Shown: piece after piece, positions 18,186 through 29,158 of the stretch
Position numbering within the stretch: position 1 is the first letter of the stretch
How the letters are laid out: each line of letters begins with the position of its first letter
Virus record (IMG/VR): IMGVR_UViG_3300009104_000003
Reading direction: 5' to 3' (one strand)
Length of the DNA: 64,000 nucleotides
From: an uncultured virus (IMG/VR IMGVR_UViG_3300009104_000003)
Lineage: Duplodnaviria > Heunggongvirae > Uroviricota > Caudoviricetes
The notes under the pieces: model-generated
Seen by the model: only the letters and a program-made list of their open reading frames with translations
Databases searched by the model: none
What the model was told of the DNA's origin: nothing
Translations under genes and position numbers: made by a program

Positions 18186-21100
18186 TTATCCTTCTAATGT
18201 TTCTATTCTGGATTTTAAATCATCAATAATTGTTTGTTGTTCTTTCATTGCACTTATAAGTATTGGAACTAATCTTGAATATTTTAATCCATAAGATGTT
18301 TCATCTTCAGATAAATCTACTAAAAGGCTAGTATCGTTATTACTTCCAAAACCATTAGCTTGTTCTATAGTTAAAACTTCTTGTGATAATAATCCAACTT
18401 GTATTGAATCTTTTTTATGTGTTCCATCAGGAACGGCCGCTAAAATGTCTGCTGAAGTTCCAGCTGGTGTTATTAGATTTTCTCCTGTTTCATCCCATTC
18501 TTCTTCATCAACATACCAAACTCTTTTATCCCATTTATAAGTTACAGGACGCATGGCTTTTATCCAATCTAAACCGCCTGTAAAGTTAGTTATATCTGTT
18601 TTATCTCTTTCATCTGAACTAGCAATACTTGTATCAGCACAATAAAAATTAGTTATATTGTTGTCTCCTAAACATAGGATATTACTAGCTGTATTAACTT
18701 CCCCTGATGGTGAGGTTGATTTACCCGCTTGATAGCCTAATAATAAATTATTATTACCAGTGGTAATTTCCATACCGGCATCTTTCCCCAAACTTGTATT
18801 ATAATCGCCAGAAGTTGTGTGATACCCACCATAATGGCCAACATAAGTATTGCCATAAGCATTTGTTCCTTTACCTGAGCCTGTATTACCAAATGCATTC
18901 ATACCAATCGCGACATTGTGATAACCAACTATCGGTCCTCTTCCTGCACTTGCACCAATAAATACACTACATGATGTAGTTGCACTATTATAATCTGCTC
19001 CTGCACTATTTCCTACGAATGTATTACTACCACCAGATGTTGAACTTTCTCCTGCGCTTCTACCTATTATAGTATTATTAACTGCATTACCGGAAGTTCC
19101 ATAATTTGTTCCAGCATTATGTCCTATGAATACATGACCATAAGCAGTAGTAACGGCATCACCTGCGAATCCTCCAATAAATACATTTTCTGATCCGGTT
19201 TCAACGTTAGCACCGGCCGCAGATCCAAGAGCTGTATTATTGCTAGCTGTGCAATCTCTTAAAGCTGCATGTCCAACAGCCGTGTTATTACCGCCAGATA
19301 CGTTATATCGCATTGCAGTAAAACCAACTGCAGTACTTCCACTTCCAGTATTTTGGGTAGCCAAACACAATTTACCAACTGCAACATTTTCATTTCCGGA
19401 ACTAATATTCATTCCGGATTCATGTCCAATTGCGGTATTTCCAGAACCAGTGGTTAGATCATATAGAGTATCTCTACCCATTGCTACATTTTCACTACCA
19501 GATGAACCACTTTGCGCGCGTATTGAACCAGTTCCTATTCCTATATTATATGCACCAGTAGCCCATCTTCCGGAATCTGGACCTATACCAATGGCATTAT
19601 TAACAGTTGTTGGAAATTGAATTGAATTATCACCTATAGCTACATTATTTGATCCGTCTTGATTAGCTGCTAATGATGCTTGTCCTATGGCTACATTATA
19701 ATTACCGGATGTTATATCTTCTCCGGATTGAGATCCAAAACAATTATTTTGTGAACCACCTTCTAGATTTGTTAAAGAATTGTAGCCAACTGCAGTATTG
19801 TAATCTCCGCTTGTTATAGCATCAAGTGCTGTCGTTCCAACTGCCACATTCTTTTGTGCGTCATTTGTGGTTGATGATGGATCGTTACCAAGCCAGATTG
19901 AATTGGTTTCTACTAGACTTGTTACTCCACCACCACCTGCATCTTCCCAAGCTACTCCACTTCCTGTTGAAGTTAGTACTTGTCCATCACTACCTTGTGC
20001 ACCATTAATTTTAAAGTTGTCGGCATCACAATATCCTGTAACTTCTATACCATTATTATCAATGTATAATCTACGAGTTCCTTCGTATGCTCCTGTTGTT
20101 AAAGATGCTGTATAAAAAGAATGATTTGTTGCTGCACTTGTTGCATCTACACCACCACCATATCTAAGGAAATTGCCCCCAACATGGCCATTGATATATA
20201 AACCTGCAATATCACTTGTGCTTCCACTATCGTAGGGTATGCCCATAAGTTTAGCGTGTTTTTCAGCATCGTCAGTTCGGTTACTTGCCATTTTAAAATA
20301 ACCTTGAAGGTCAAGAGCCTGAGATGGACTCGAGGTTCCTATACCAACTTTGCCTGTATTATCAATAGCAATTGCAGTACCAGCACTGCCAGTGTCATTG
20401 TCTATATAAAAATAATTGTTATTACTAGTTTTTAGTTTCCAATTAGAAGTAGCAGTACCACTATTACTGCTTCTTAGTCTTATGTGAGCAGAACCATTAC
20501 CTGTATCTTCAACAAGAAGATCGCCAGCACCTGCTATATGTAGTTGATAGTCTGGAGAGGTTTCTCCTATACCAACATTTCCAGTTGAAGAATCCATAAA
20601 CATAAGTGCTGGTCTTGCACTCGCATGTCCACCATAAAAAATAAAATCATCTGATAAAGCTGATATTAATGGTGGTAAAGTTGCACTACCATTATCTTTT
20701 AGTTCTATTCCTGAATACGCATCTGTTGATTCAACTCTTAATGGTTGATTGTCTGAACTAGAAATATGTAAAGGTTTTGCTGGGCCCGTTGTTCCTATAC
20801 CAACATTTCCACCGTCTTCAATAACCATGTGGGTATTAGTACCATCGTGTATTCTTAATTCATTTGCAGAACCATCGTGATCTATAATTACTTGAGCAGT
20901 TCCAGCTTCTTGAAAATAAATACCTTTATCATGACTAGAACTAGCAGCATCTAAAGATATAAATGCATGATCTGAAGAATCAACATGGAGCATTCCTATA
21001 CTAGAAGTATGAGCTCCTGCCACTTCTAATAATACATCAGGAGCTGTATTTCCTATACCAACCCTATTATTTGAACCATCTACATATAAAGTATTTGTAT

Positions 21101-21494
21101 CAAATGTTGCGTTACCTGTAAATGTGGGATTAGCTAAAGGAGCTTTGAGTGCTATAGCGTTATTAACTGTTGTAGTAAAAGTAGGATCATCATTAAGGGC
21201 TGCTGCGATTTCATCCAGGGTATTCATTGTTCCTGGAGCCGAATCTATAAGTGCGTCTATATCAGCATCTACTGCAGCTTGTACGAAAGCTGTAGTTGCG
21301 ATACGCGTACTAGAATTACCAAGTGATTGAGTTGTAGTTGTAGGATTTCCAGCAAGTGCAACATTATCTTCAATTAATGCTCCAGTTACTGCATCATCTG
21401 CAATCTCTGCAGTTCCAATTGCATCATCACCTAATGTTGCTCTAACTACTGCATCATCTGCCAATACTCTTGATGTTATTTTGGTTGCTGCCAT
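18186..21494 (-). CDS. Tail fibre/spike with trimeric adhesin-like N(T/V)A(I/V)G repeats and C-terminal intramolecular chaperone (peptidase S74-like)
   Basis: GNVGIG repeats, many NxAxG repeats, SSDERDKTDI...PVTYKW...GLLSQEV...LKYSRLVPILI + coiled coil. Confidence 0.88.
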   Translation of the reverse strand: MAATKITSRVLADDAVVRATLGDDAIGTAEIADDAVTGALIEDNVALAGNPTTTTQSLGNSSTRIATTAFVQAAVDADIDALIDSAPGTMNTLDEIAAALNDDPTFTTTVNNAIALKAPLANPTFTGNATFDTNTLYVDGSNNRVGIGNTAPDVLLEVAGAHTSSIGMLHVDSSDHAFISLDAASSSHDKGIYFQEAGTAQVIIDHDGSANELRIHDGTNTHMVIEDGGNVGIGTTGPAKPLHISSSDNQPLRVESTDAYSGIELKDNGSATLPPLISALSDDFIFYGGHASARPALMFMDSSTGNVGIGETSPDYQLHIAGAGDLLVEDTGNGSAHIRLRSSNSGTATSNWKLKTSNNNYFYIDNDTGSAGTAIAIDNTGKVGIGTSSPSQALDLQGYFKMASNRTDDAEKHAKLMGIPYDSGSTSDIAGLYINGHVGGNFLRYGGGVDATSAATNHSFYTASLTTGAYEGTRRLYIDNNGIEVTGYCDADNFKINGAQGSDGQVLTSTGSGVAWEDAGGGGVTSLVETNSIWLGNDPSSTTNDAQKNVAVGTTALDAITSGDYNTAVGYNSLTNLEGGSQNNCFGSQSGEDITSGNYNVAIGQASLAANQDGSNNVAIGDNSIQFPTTVNNAIGIGPDSGRWATGAYNIGIGTGSIRAQSGSSGSENVAMGRDTLYDLTTGSGNTAIGHESGMNISSGNENVAVGKLCLATQNTGSGSTAVGFTAMRYNVSGGNNTAVGHAALRDCTASNNTALGSAAGANVETGSENVFIGGFAGDAVTTAYGHVFIGHNAGTNYGTSGNAVNNTIIGRSAGESSTSGGSNTFVGNSAGADYNSATTSCSVFIGASAGRGPIVGYHNVAIGMNAFGNTGSGKGTNAYGNTYVGHYGGYHTTSGDYNTSLGKDAGMEITTGNNNLLLGYQAGKSTSPSGEVNTASNILCLGDNNITNFYCADTSIASSDERDKTDITNFTGGLDWIKAMRPVTYKWDKRVWYVDEEEWDETGENLITPAGTSADILAAVPDGTHKKDSIQVGLLSQEVLTIEQANGFGSNNDTSLLVDLSEDETSYGLKYSRLVPILISAMKEQQTIIDDLKSRIETLEG

Positions 21495-21502
21495 AGTTTA
21501 TC

Positions 21503-21847
21503 CTATGTATTTTCTGTTATGTATGCTTCACCTAATGCCATAGCTGCTATATAAGCTGAATCATCACCACCATCATTTTTCCAACCAACCATATCTGGTT
21601 CCATATTAGGTGGAAGAGGGTCTCCAGTTATATTATCTTTTCCATCCCATGCTAGATAAGCTGCAATTGCATCAATATAATTTCTCATTTGATAATTAGC
21701 CGCTTCTTGTGTTTCTGGTGTTGGAAGATTATAATGATTAGTTCCATTAGTATTAAGGTCTTCTATCATTGCTACATGATCATCTATTTGATTCAATACA
21801 TGTTGTACTGTATAACTAGCTGATCCACCATATCTATTTTCAGTCAT
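21503..21847 (-). CDS. Hypothetical protein (114 aa)
   Basis: ORF overlapping the stop of the 1808-aa fibre gene; possibly fibre accessory. Confidence 0.65.
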   Translation of the reverse strand: MTENRYGGSASYTVQHVLNQIDDHVAMIEDLNTNGTNHYNLPTPETQEAANYQMRNYIDAIAAYLAWDGKDNITGDPLPPNMEPDMVGWKNDGGDDSAYIAAMALGEAYITENT

Positions 21848-24800
21848 TTTTTAATTCCTCTATTTCTTCTTTTAAACTTTCTACCTGAGTAGATAGTTCT
21901 TGTACTGATTTAATTAACATTGGTACAAATCTTTCATATTGAAGACTGTATGCCTTTCCATCACCTGAAAGAGTAGTAACTAATGCTGTTTTGTCTTCCT
22001 TATCAAATCCATATGATTGTTCAATTTCTTCTACGTCTTGTGCTAATAAACCTGCATGTAGTTGTGGTTCTGTATGTGTTCCATCATGTACCACATCATC
22101 TAGATCAACAAAATCTGGATCATCTTTAGGTAAATCTAGCATATATTTCTTAATATATTTTGTACGTTTATCCCAACGATAAGTTACTGGTTCTAATTTA
22201 TTAATAAATTCTAATCCCAAGGTTAATGGTTCTATATCATTTTTATCTCTTTTATCTGAAGCCGCAGTAATACCTACTTGAGCATTAATGGTTGTGATAT
22301 TTTCATCTCCTAAATACCCTTCGTTATTACCTGCAGGTGCACCACCAGGTGAACCTGAATAAGCCGCTTGATAACCAAGACCGAAATTATTACTACCACT
22401 AGTAGATTGTCCACAATATGCTCCTACATAAGTATTGTTTGCACCAGTACCCGGACCACTATACATAGTCTGGAATCCTATTGCAGTATTACCATTTCCT
22501 GTACTTACTCCTTGCAAGGCTCTCCTACCTACTCCAACAGATTGTCCTGAATTAGCTCCCCAACCTGCAGATTTACCTACATATACACTTTGATCAGCAG
22601 TAGTTTGAGAATTTCCTGCTTGCCTTCCTACTGCAACTAGGCCATCACCCCCAGTAGTTACCCCATGAAAAGCATGATACCCAAATGCATGATTTCCATT
22701 TGCATTAGTATTAGAAGAACTAGATAAAGTATTAGCACCAACTGCACATGCATCATTACCAGAAGTTATATATCTTAAAGAATTATATCCAACTCCAGTC
22801 AGGTAATCATTGGTTTGGTTTGCATTAACTGCATTAAGCCCTACTGCGGTAACATAATCTGCAGAAGTCAATGAATACCCTGCATCCATTCCAACCGCAA
22901 CATTTCCTGTTGCACCGCCAGCACCACCTTGCATTGCTCTAGCTCCGATTGCTGTATTTGATTGGCTACCTGAACCAAGTTGATATCCAGAGTGTGTTCC
23001 TACAAAAGTATTATAACCAACTGATGTACCTGTTAAACTATAACCTGCATATTCACCCACTACAGTACAGAATCCTGGATTACCATTAAAAGTAAATAAA
23101 GCTCCATGACCAATAGCTGTGTTTCTATTATCACCTGAAGCTGCGAAACTTGTCATAGCATTTTTACCAACAGCAGTTATTCCACTTCCGGTAACATTTG
23201 ATTGCATTGCTCCTGTACCAATTGCTACGTTACCACTTCCTGTAGTATTTGCTTTTAATGGTTGTTGCCTGGCACCATCATAACTACCTATTGCTACATT
23301 ACCTGAACCAGTTGTACAAGCTTGCAAAGTTGCTTGACCAACAGCTACATTACCCATTCCTTGAGAAGCTCCGGAATTTCCTATCACATTTTCTAACGAT
23401 AGTGCGCCAACACCCACATTATAACTAGCATCAGTTGCATCTGTACCTGAATTATAACCTATAAAGACGTTTTGATCTCCTGAGGTAATAGCATTCATTG
23501 CATTGGCACCAATACCTACGTTTCCATCAGCTGAACTTAATGTTCCTGTTGTTGTATGTCCTACGAGTATTGAATTAGTAAAGTTTGCTCCGCCTACTGT
23601 ACCGGTTACGCCACCACCGCCACCACCAGATGCATCTTCCCATCCTACTCCACTTCCTGTTGAAGTTAGTACTTGTCCATCAGAACCTTGTGCACCTGCA
23701 ATTGTTAAATTATTTACATCTAATTTACCTGCAATATCAACAGTACCATCTTTATCGATTGTCATACGTATATCACCAGCAACCGGGTTAGTATGAGTCG
23801 AAGCAGATCTTGTCATGAATACAAGTGAACCTCTATCATATCCTGCAGTTCTATTAAACCCGATAGCAGCACCTGCACCTGCAGTATTTTCTATACCAAA
23901 TCCAATTAATGAATAATATCCATTATCATTATAAGAACTAGTATTAATTTTTAGAGGCATATGTAATCCTGCTGCACTAGTTGCTTGTACAATTCTAAGT
24001 GGATGTGAATTGGAAGTAGTTCCTATACCAATATTCCCATCGGAATTAATACGCATAGCTTCTGCATTACTGCCTGTTGCAAATCTTATATTAGTATCTG
24101 CATTTAAATATACTGAAGCGGGATGATTAATTTCGAGTGCACCTGATTGTCCACTATCATACATATAAGTTGAAGCAGTTCCACCAATATCAAACCCAAT
24201 AATTGCAGAGCTTGTTCCTTTCATTTCAAAATTAATTCTACCTGAACCTGCATGATGTCCTGAAGTCATACCAAGAAATAAATTTCCACTAGAATCAATA
24301 CGCATTCTTTCTGTTGCACCATTTCCGCCATCTGAAGTTGTTCCAAATACAAGTCTGCCCGGTGTATCATCAGATCCAGGTGTTCCATCTATTGCGGCGG
24401 TTATATATGCACTGGAAGAATTTCTGTCAGTGCCATCTGCTGCATAAAACATTATTGATCCAAGATTATCATCATCTTGAATAACTGTATCTGAATTTAC
24501 TGAAGCACCTCTTGATTTACCAAAATTTAAATATGGTCCAACTGCACTAGCTGCATTTCTAAATAAACTCATACTTGAATTAGTTGAGCTTGTTCCTTCT
24601 ATTTGAAAATAATTATTTTGGAAATCAGATTCAGTAATTCCAATCAATACTCTCCCTGCATGATCTTGTATTAAACCTTGTGTGAGTGTTCCACCATCTG
24701 TAGTAGTAAGAAGAGCAAGATATGAATCGTTTGCTGAAGAAGGACCATTATAAGCTCGAATTGCAGCGTGTGGACCATTTCCACCTATTGCAGTTTCAAA

Positions 24801-27266
24801 AGCTATTCCTAAATATTCATTAACATTGTCAGCACCAGATTTTAAATAAAGAACATCTTCACTAGCAGCTCCTGTGCTAGTTACAGATAATAAACTATCT
24901 GGGCTAGTAGTTCCTACACCAATCTTGTCGTTCCCACCATCAACAAAGAATATATTAGCGTTGTTGTTAGATTCAATTCTGAAATCTACATCTGCACCTG
25001 TATCATTAAAGGTAGCAGCTCCATCAAAATTACCACCATCACAAACAACTGTACCTGTTACATCTATACCACCCGTTACTGTGTCTAATTTCTTTGAATT
25101 ATCATAATAAAGACCTGTACCTCCATTAACAATAAATGATGCATAATATTCAGTTCGTGCAGCATTTCTAAAATAAATATTATCGGACTCTATAAACAGA
25201 TTTCCTGTTCCATTAGACATATAAGTATGAGTACCATCGTGTGAAATCTGTAAATCATCACCTGTTCCTAACTTAATAATTGCACTATCTGGCATATCAA
25301 TATGAGTTGTAGGACTTATAACTCCCGTAACTCCTAATGTTCCACCAATTGTTTGATTACCACTTACTGCTAAACTTGATAATGTTCCTAAAGAAGTAAT
25401 ACCTCCTTGTGTTGCATCAACGGATAGTGAATGAGCAATACCTTCACCTGAAGTTGCTCCTGTACTTGTTAATCCTGTACCAGCTGTAACGGTTGCTACA
25501 TAATTTCCTGTAGTATGCGTAGTTAAATCAACAGAATCTGCTTGGATAGCTGCTGTTCCTGTAACGTTACCTGATCCATCAAAACTTGCAGATGTCCATA
25601 CAACATCTCCAGTCATTCCTATAGTTCTACCAGTAGCCAGAGCTGTAGCTGTATCAGCATTTCCTGTGACAGCACCTTCTATATTAGCAACTAATGTTCC
25701 AGTCGCATATCCTGTACCACTTGTATTAACTGTTGTGGTCGGTACTGCCTGATTGTCTTTAAATAATTTCCATTTTCCTGAATCGGAAGCATCTCTGAAT
25801 AATCCTCCATAAAGGTCTTGTGAACCTGAGGTATCATACAGTCCGTATATTCCAATATCTACTGCATCAGCTGCGTTATTACCTGTAGCTAAAGATACTA
25901 AAGGATCTTCTACCGCCAGGGTTGCTGTATTTACGGTTGTAGTATCTCCACTTACCGTTAGATCTCCCGAAATTGTTACATCAGTTGGGAATCCTATTTG
26001 AATTTGGTTATTTGAAACTGTAGTTGCTATTTGATTAGTAGTACCAGCAATTGTTAGAGTTTCGCCAGTATTAAAAGTATCATTAGAACCTGAATCAGCT
26101 GATAAAGTAAAGCTTGTGCTTATTGCAGCTGTACTAGCAGCTGTCAAACGTCCTTGAGCATCAACAGTAATTACTGGAATAGCTGTTGAAGTACCATATG
26201 AACCTGCAGTAACTGCTGTATTAGCTAGTTTATCTGCTGTAATTTGATCATCGGCTATATGAATAGTGTCTATTGAACCATCTACATACTGATCTGAATC
26301 TATTGAATTAACAGACATATGAACCAAATCAATAGCTCCATTTGCAATTTCTGCACTATCAATAGCATCATCTGCCATTAAAGCATTTGTTATTTGACTG
26401 GCAGCTATATGAGCAGTATCTATTGAACCATCAACGTATTGATCGCTATCGATAGAGTTTACTGACATATGAGCTAAGTCTATTGCACCTGCAGCTATTT
26501 CATCACTGTCTACTGCATCATCTGCTAACATGGAGTTTTCCACTGATCCAGCTTGTATTGTAGCTGCAGCGGTTATGTTTCCACTACCATCAAATGAAGG
26601 TGATGTCCAAACAACATCTCCAGTCATTCCTATTGTTCTTCCTGTAGCTAGTGCTGTTGCTGTATCAGCATTACCCGTAACATTACCTGTTAAAGGTCCT
26701 GCAAAAGCATCTGAGGTGACTGTACCATCAAAGAATGCATCTTTAAATTCTACCGAACTTGTACCTAAGTCTATATCACTATCTGTTGAAGGAACAATAG
26801 CTCCATCAATAAATGTTACTTGGTTCGCGCCCGCGGCCGATATTGTTATAACATCAGAACCACTAAAGGTTATTGCAGTATTTGAATCTGCATCTCCTGT
26901 GATACTATCTAATTGAATATCACCAACATTAGTAATTGCTGAATCACTAAAATCAAGTGTACCCGTAACATCAAAGTTACCACCTATACTCATATCTCCT
27001 GTGACCGTTAAATTATCTGCCACAGTTGTTTCTGAGGTTGTATGTCCTATTGTTACTGCTATACCACTAGTTTCTGTAGCAATTTTTAATGCTCCAGTTC
27101 CATTAGTGATATAAGAATTTGTGCCATCGTGGTAGAGAGTTAAGTCACTTCCACCAGTGCCAATTACTATTTTATCGTTATCTGCGAATAATAACCCATC
27201 ACCTGCGGGTAATTCTTTGATTGCTAATGCGCTAGAATCTACGATTAATGGGTATCTATTTGCCAT
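21840..27266 (-). CDS. Long tail fibre with adhesin-like repeats and C-terminal intramolecular chaperone (S74-like), 1808 aa
   Basis: MANRYPLIVD N-terminus, DSDQYVDGSIDT repeats, ERMRIDSSGN, NxAxG repeats, SDKRDKNDI...PVTYRW...GLLAQDVE...YERFVPMLI. Confidence 0.88.
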   Translation of the reverse strand: MANRYPLIVDSSALAIKELPAGDGLLFADNDKIVIGTGGSDLTLYHDGTNSYITNGTGALKIATETSGIAVTIGHTTSETTVADNLTVTGDMSIGGNFDVTGTLDFSDSAITNVGDIQLDSITGDADSNTAITFSGSDVITISAAGANQVTFIDGAIVPSTDSDIDLGTSSVEFKDAFFDGTVTSDAFAGPLTGNVTGNADTATALATGRTIGMTGDVVWTSPSFDGSGNITAAATIQAGSVENSMLADDAVDSDEIAAGAIDLAHMSVNSIDSDQYVDGSIDTAHIAASQITNALMADDAIDSAEIANGAIDLVHMSVNSIDSDQYVDGSIDTIHIADDQITADKLANTAVTAGSYGTSTAIPVITVDAQGRLTAASTAAISTSFTLSADSGSNDTFNTGETLTIAGTTNQIATTVSNNQIQIGFPTDVTISGDLTVSGDTTTVNTATLAVEDPLVSLATGNNAADAVDIGIYGLYDTSGSQDLYGGLFRDASDSGKWKLFKDNQAVPTTTVNTSGTGYATGTLVANIEGAVTGNADTATALATGRTIGMTGDVVWTSASFDGSGNVTGTAAIQADSVDLTTHTTGNYVATVTAGTGLTSTGATSGEGIAHSLSVDATQGGITSLGTLSSLAVSGNQTIGGTLGVTGVISPTTHIDMPDSAIIKLGTGDDLQISHDGTHTYMSNGTGNLFIESDNIYFRNAARTEYYASFIVNGGTGLYYDNSKKLDTVTGGIDVTGTVVCDGGNFDGAATFNDTGADVDFRIESNNNANIFFVDGGNDKIGVGTTSPDSLLSVTSTGAASEDVLYLKSGADNVNEYLGIAFETAIGGNGPHAAIRAYNGPSSANDSYLALLTTTDGGTLTQGLIQDHAGRVLIGITESDFQNNYFQIEGTSSTNSSMSLFRNAASAVGPYLNFGKSRGASVNSDTVIQDDDNLGSIMFYAADGTDRNSSSAYITAAIDGTPGSDDTPGRLVFGTTSDGGNGATERMRIDSSGNLFLGMTSGHHAGSGRINFEMKGTSSAIIGFDIGGTASTYMYDSGQSGALEINHPASVYLNADTNIRFATGSNAEAMRINSDGNIGIGTTSNSHPLRIVQATSAAGLHMPLKINTSSYNDNGYYSLIGFGIENTAGAGAAIGFNRTAGYDRGSLVFMTRSASTHTNPVAGDIRMTIDKDGTVDIAGKLDVNNLTIAGAQGSDGQVLTSTGSGVGWEDASGGGGGGVTGTVGGANFTNSILVGHTTTGTLSSADGNVGIGANAMNAITSGDQNVFIGYNSGTDATDASYNVGVGALSLENVIGNSGASQGMGNVAVGQATLQACTTGSGNVAIGSYDGARQQPLKANTTGSGNVAIGTGAMQSNVTGSGITAVGKNAMTSFAASGDNRNTAIGHGALFTFNGNPGFCTVVGEYAGYSLTGTSVGYNTFVGTHSGYQLGSGSQSNTAIGARAMQGGAGGATGNVAVGMDAGYSLTSADYVTAVGLNAVNANQTNDYLTGVGYNSLRYITSGNDACAVGANTLSSSSNTNANGNHAFGYHAFHGVTTGGDGLVAVGRQAGNSQTTADQSVYVGKSAGWGANSGQSVGVGRRALQGVSTGNGNTAIGFQTMYSGPGTGANNTYVGAYCGQSTSGSNNFGLGYQAAYSGSPGGAPAGNNEGYLGDENITTINAQVGITAASDKRDKNDIEPLTLGLEFINKLEPVTYRWDKRTKYIKKYMLDLPKDDPDFVDLDDVVHDGTHTEPQLHAGLLAQDVEEIEQSYGFDKEDKTALVTTLSGDGKAYSLQYERFVPMLIKSVQELSTQVESLKEEIEELKND

Positions 27267-27826
27267 TATGTTACTCCTACTGAAATATTTGCTGCCCTAC
27301 CTACGACAGTTAATGTTGCGTTACTTACTGTACAATCTACATAAGCACCAGGTAAAGAACCTCTGCCTATTACTCTAAGTTCTGTTCCAACCGCAGGGGT
27401 TTCGAAATTTAACTTAGCATTTGTATCATCATAAGTAGCTGTAAATCTTGTTTCTGTATTCCCAGAGACCATTGCACCAATTATATCTTGTATTTCTTCT
27501 GTGGTTTTACCACCAGATCCCCATGATACATCAGTACCATCTGAGGTTAGTGCTTGACCAGAAGATCCAATCGATAAAGCTGCCGGGTTACCAGAAGAAT
27601 CTCCATAAATTATGGTCCCTCTAGCTAGTCCAGCCATTTTGGCCAGTGTTACTTGATCATCTGCTATATGAGCAGTATCTATTGAAGTATTAGTATAATG
27701 TTCACTATCAATAGCATCATCTGCTATTTTTGTGCTATCAATTGAATCAGCTGGTATTTTGCCAGCAGAAATTGTTCCATCACTTTGTAAAAATTGTGCT
27801 AATCTTCTTCCTCTTGAATACGCCAT
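27266..27826 (-). CDS. Virion structural protein (186 aa)
   Basis: IADDAIDSEHY repeats and EEIQDIIGAM module shared with neighbouring fibres. Confidence 0.7.
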   Translation of the reverse strand: MAYSRGRRLAQFLQSDGTISAGKIPADSIDSTKIADDAIDSEHYTNTSIDTAHIADDQVTLAKMAGLARGTIIYGDSSGNPAALSIGSSGQALTSDGTDVSWGSGGKTTEEIQDIIGAMVSGNTETRFTATYDDTNAKLNFETPAVGTELRVIGRGSLPGAYVDCTVSNATLTVVGRAANISVGVT

Positions 27827-27831
27827 ATATC

Positions 27832-27839
27832 TATTTATA
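27832..27839 (-). promoter_or_regulatory. T4-type late promoter TATAAATA
   Basis: Exact consensus 5 nt upstream of ATG 27826. Confidence 0.8.
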
Positions 27840-27884
27840 CTCCTATGAGCTCTCTATTAATGTTTTTAATTCCTTATTATTTTC

Positions 27885-28790
27885 CTAAGTCCAGTTGTTT
27901 CCTGCTACAGCAATATAAACCGCTTGCATAGTCCAAACTCCAGAAGTGTTAGTTGTAACTGCGGGTTCTTTAATGATAACAACACCAGAGGCACCTGCTG
28001 TACTATTGATACTGTTACCAGAACCTCCGCCACCACTACCTGTGTTTACAGTTGGCGCTGATGATGACTGATTGTTACCAGCACCATTACCACCACCACC
28101 AGTTCCACCAGTTCCACCAGATTGACTAACATCACCACCGCCTCCACCACCACCAGCTCTTGTTACAGATGAACCTGTGATTGAAGAAGCCGTACCAGCA
28201 CCACCGTGACCACCGTGGCTATAATTGGTCCCATCAGTCTGCCTACTATGACCACCAACTGCGCCAGCACCTCCGCCGCCGCCTCCGCCGCCAAGTGCGT
28301 TAGCTCCACCGCCACCTCGACCGCCACCAGCATTACCTTGACCAGAAGGTGATGCAGCACCGCCTCCTAAACCGTTTGCGTAACCATTTCTACCACCAAC
28401 ACCACCGCCAGAGCCACCAGCATCACCTGCCCCTTGGAAACCTGCTCCGTATCCACCGCCTTCGGAAGTTATTGAAGAAAAAACTGAATCTGATCCGTGC
28501 ATTGCAGAACTATTTCCTGCATTACTTTGAGCTCCACCTGCACCTACAGTAATTGAGTAGTCGGTTGAACTTGAAACCGAGAAACCACTAGCTGTCCTAT
28601 AACCACCAGCTCCGCCTCCACCAGAAACAGTGCTTCCAGCACCACCACCACCAGCAATAACTAAATATTCAACTTCGGTTGTTAGCGCGCCTGTTGTAAG
28701 AGTACCACTTGAGTTAAATGTACTTATAACTTCAGCTTGTGAACTTGGCACATTACTTTTGCCTATTATTCCACCATTAGCACTAGCCAC
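27885..28790 (-). CDS. Glycine-rich virion protein (301 aa)
   Basis: VEYLVIAGGG, GGGGAGGYR, YSITVGAGG, NTGSGGGG, GASGVVII - typical phage glycine-rich domain. Confidence 0.8.
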   Translation of the reverse strand: MASANGGIIGKSNVPSSQAEVISTFNSSGTLTTGALTTEVEYLVIAGGGGAGSTVSGGGGAGGYRTASGFSVSSSTDYSITVGAGGAQSNAGNSSAMHGSDSVFSSITSEGGGYGAGFQGAGDAGGSGGGVGGRNGYANGLGGGAASPSGQGNAGGGRGGGGANALGGGGGGGGAGAVGGHSRQTDGTNYSHGGHGGAGTASSITGSSVTRAGGGGGGGDVSQSGGTGGTGGGGNGAGNNQSSSAPTVNTGSGGGGSGNSINSTAGASGVVIIKEPAVTTNTSGVWTMQAVYIAVAGNNWT

Positions 28791-29157
28791 TAGTTATCTC
28801 CTCCCATTGTGTGTCTGTTTCGTTCCAATAATAAAGTTTCCCATCATCAGGCTTACTGGTTGGCGGTTGCCAATCATCATTAGAATCTAAAGTCCAAGAT
28901 GGATAAGGTTTATCAGCTATAAATATATTTTTTGATGAATTGTAAGTATATCCCTTGCCTGCATATTGTTTTCTAAAATTATTATTATAAGAACATTGTT
29001 TCCAAGCTACTCCACCTGTTGAATGTGGAACAATAGTTGTAACAAAAGTTTCTGCATCAGCATGTTGATCACCACCATTGGCATCTACATCCTCATTAGA
29101 TACTACGATTACTCGTAATACTTCATTATTTGAATTAAGTTCTGCAAAGTGTGCCAT
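28783..29157 (-). CDS. Conserved phage protein accompanying glycine-rich proteins (124 aa)
   Basis: MAHFAEL..., WKQCSYNNNFRKQYAGKGYTY, PYPSW.L...W.PP motif. Confidence 0.75.
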   Translation of the reverse strand: MAHFAELNSNNEVLRVIVVSNEDVDANGGDQHADAETFVTTIVPHSTGGVAWKQCSYNNNFRKQYAGKGYTYNSSKNIFIADKPYPSWTLDSNDDWQPPTSKPDDGKLYYWNETDTQWEEITSG

Positions 29158-29158
29158 G

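Noticed and set aside
27885..28790. High-GC stretch as horizontally acquired DNA or part of the CG-island set
   Set aside because: Largely explained by poly-glycine/alanine coding (ccaccgcc runs), not synonymous CGCG enrichment
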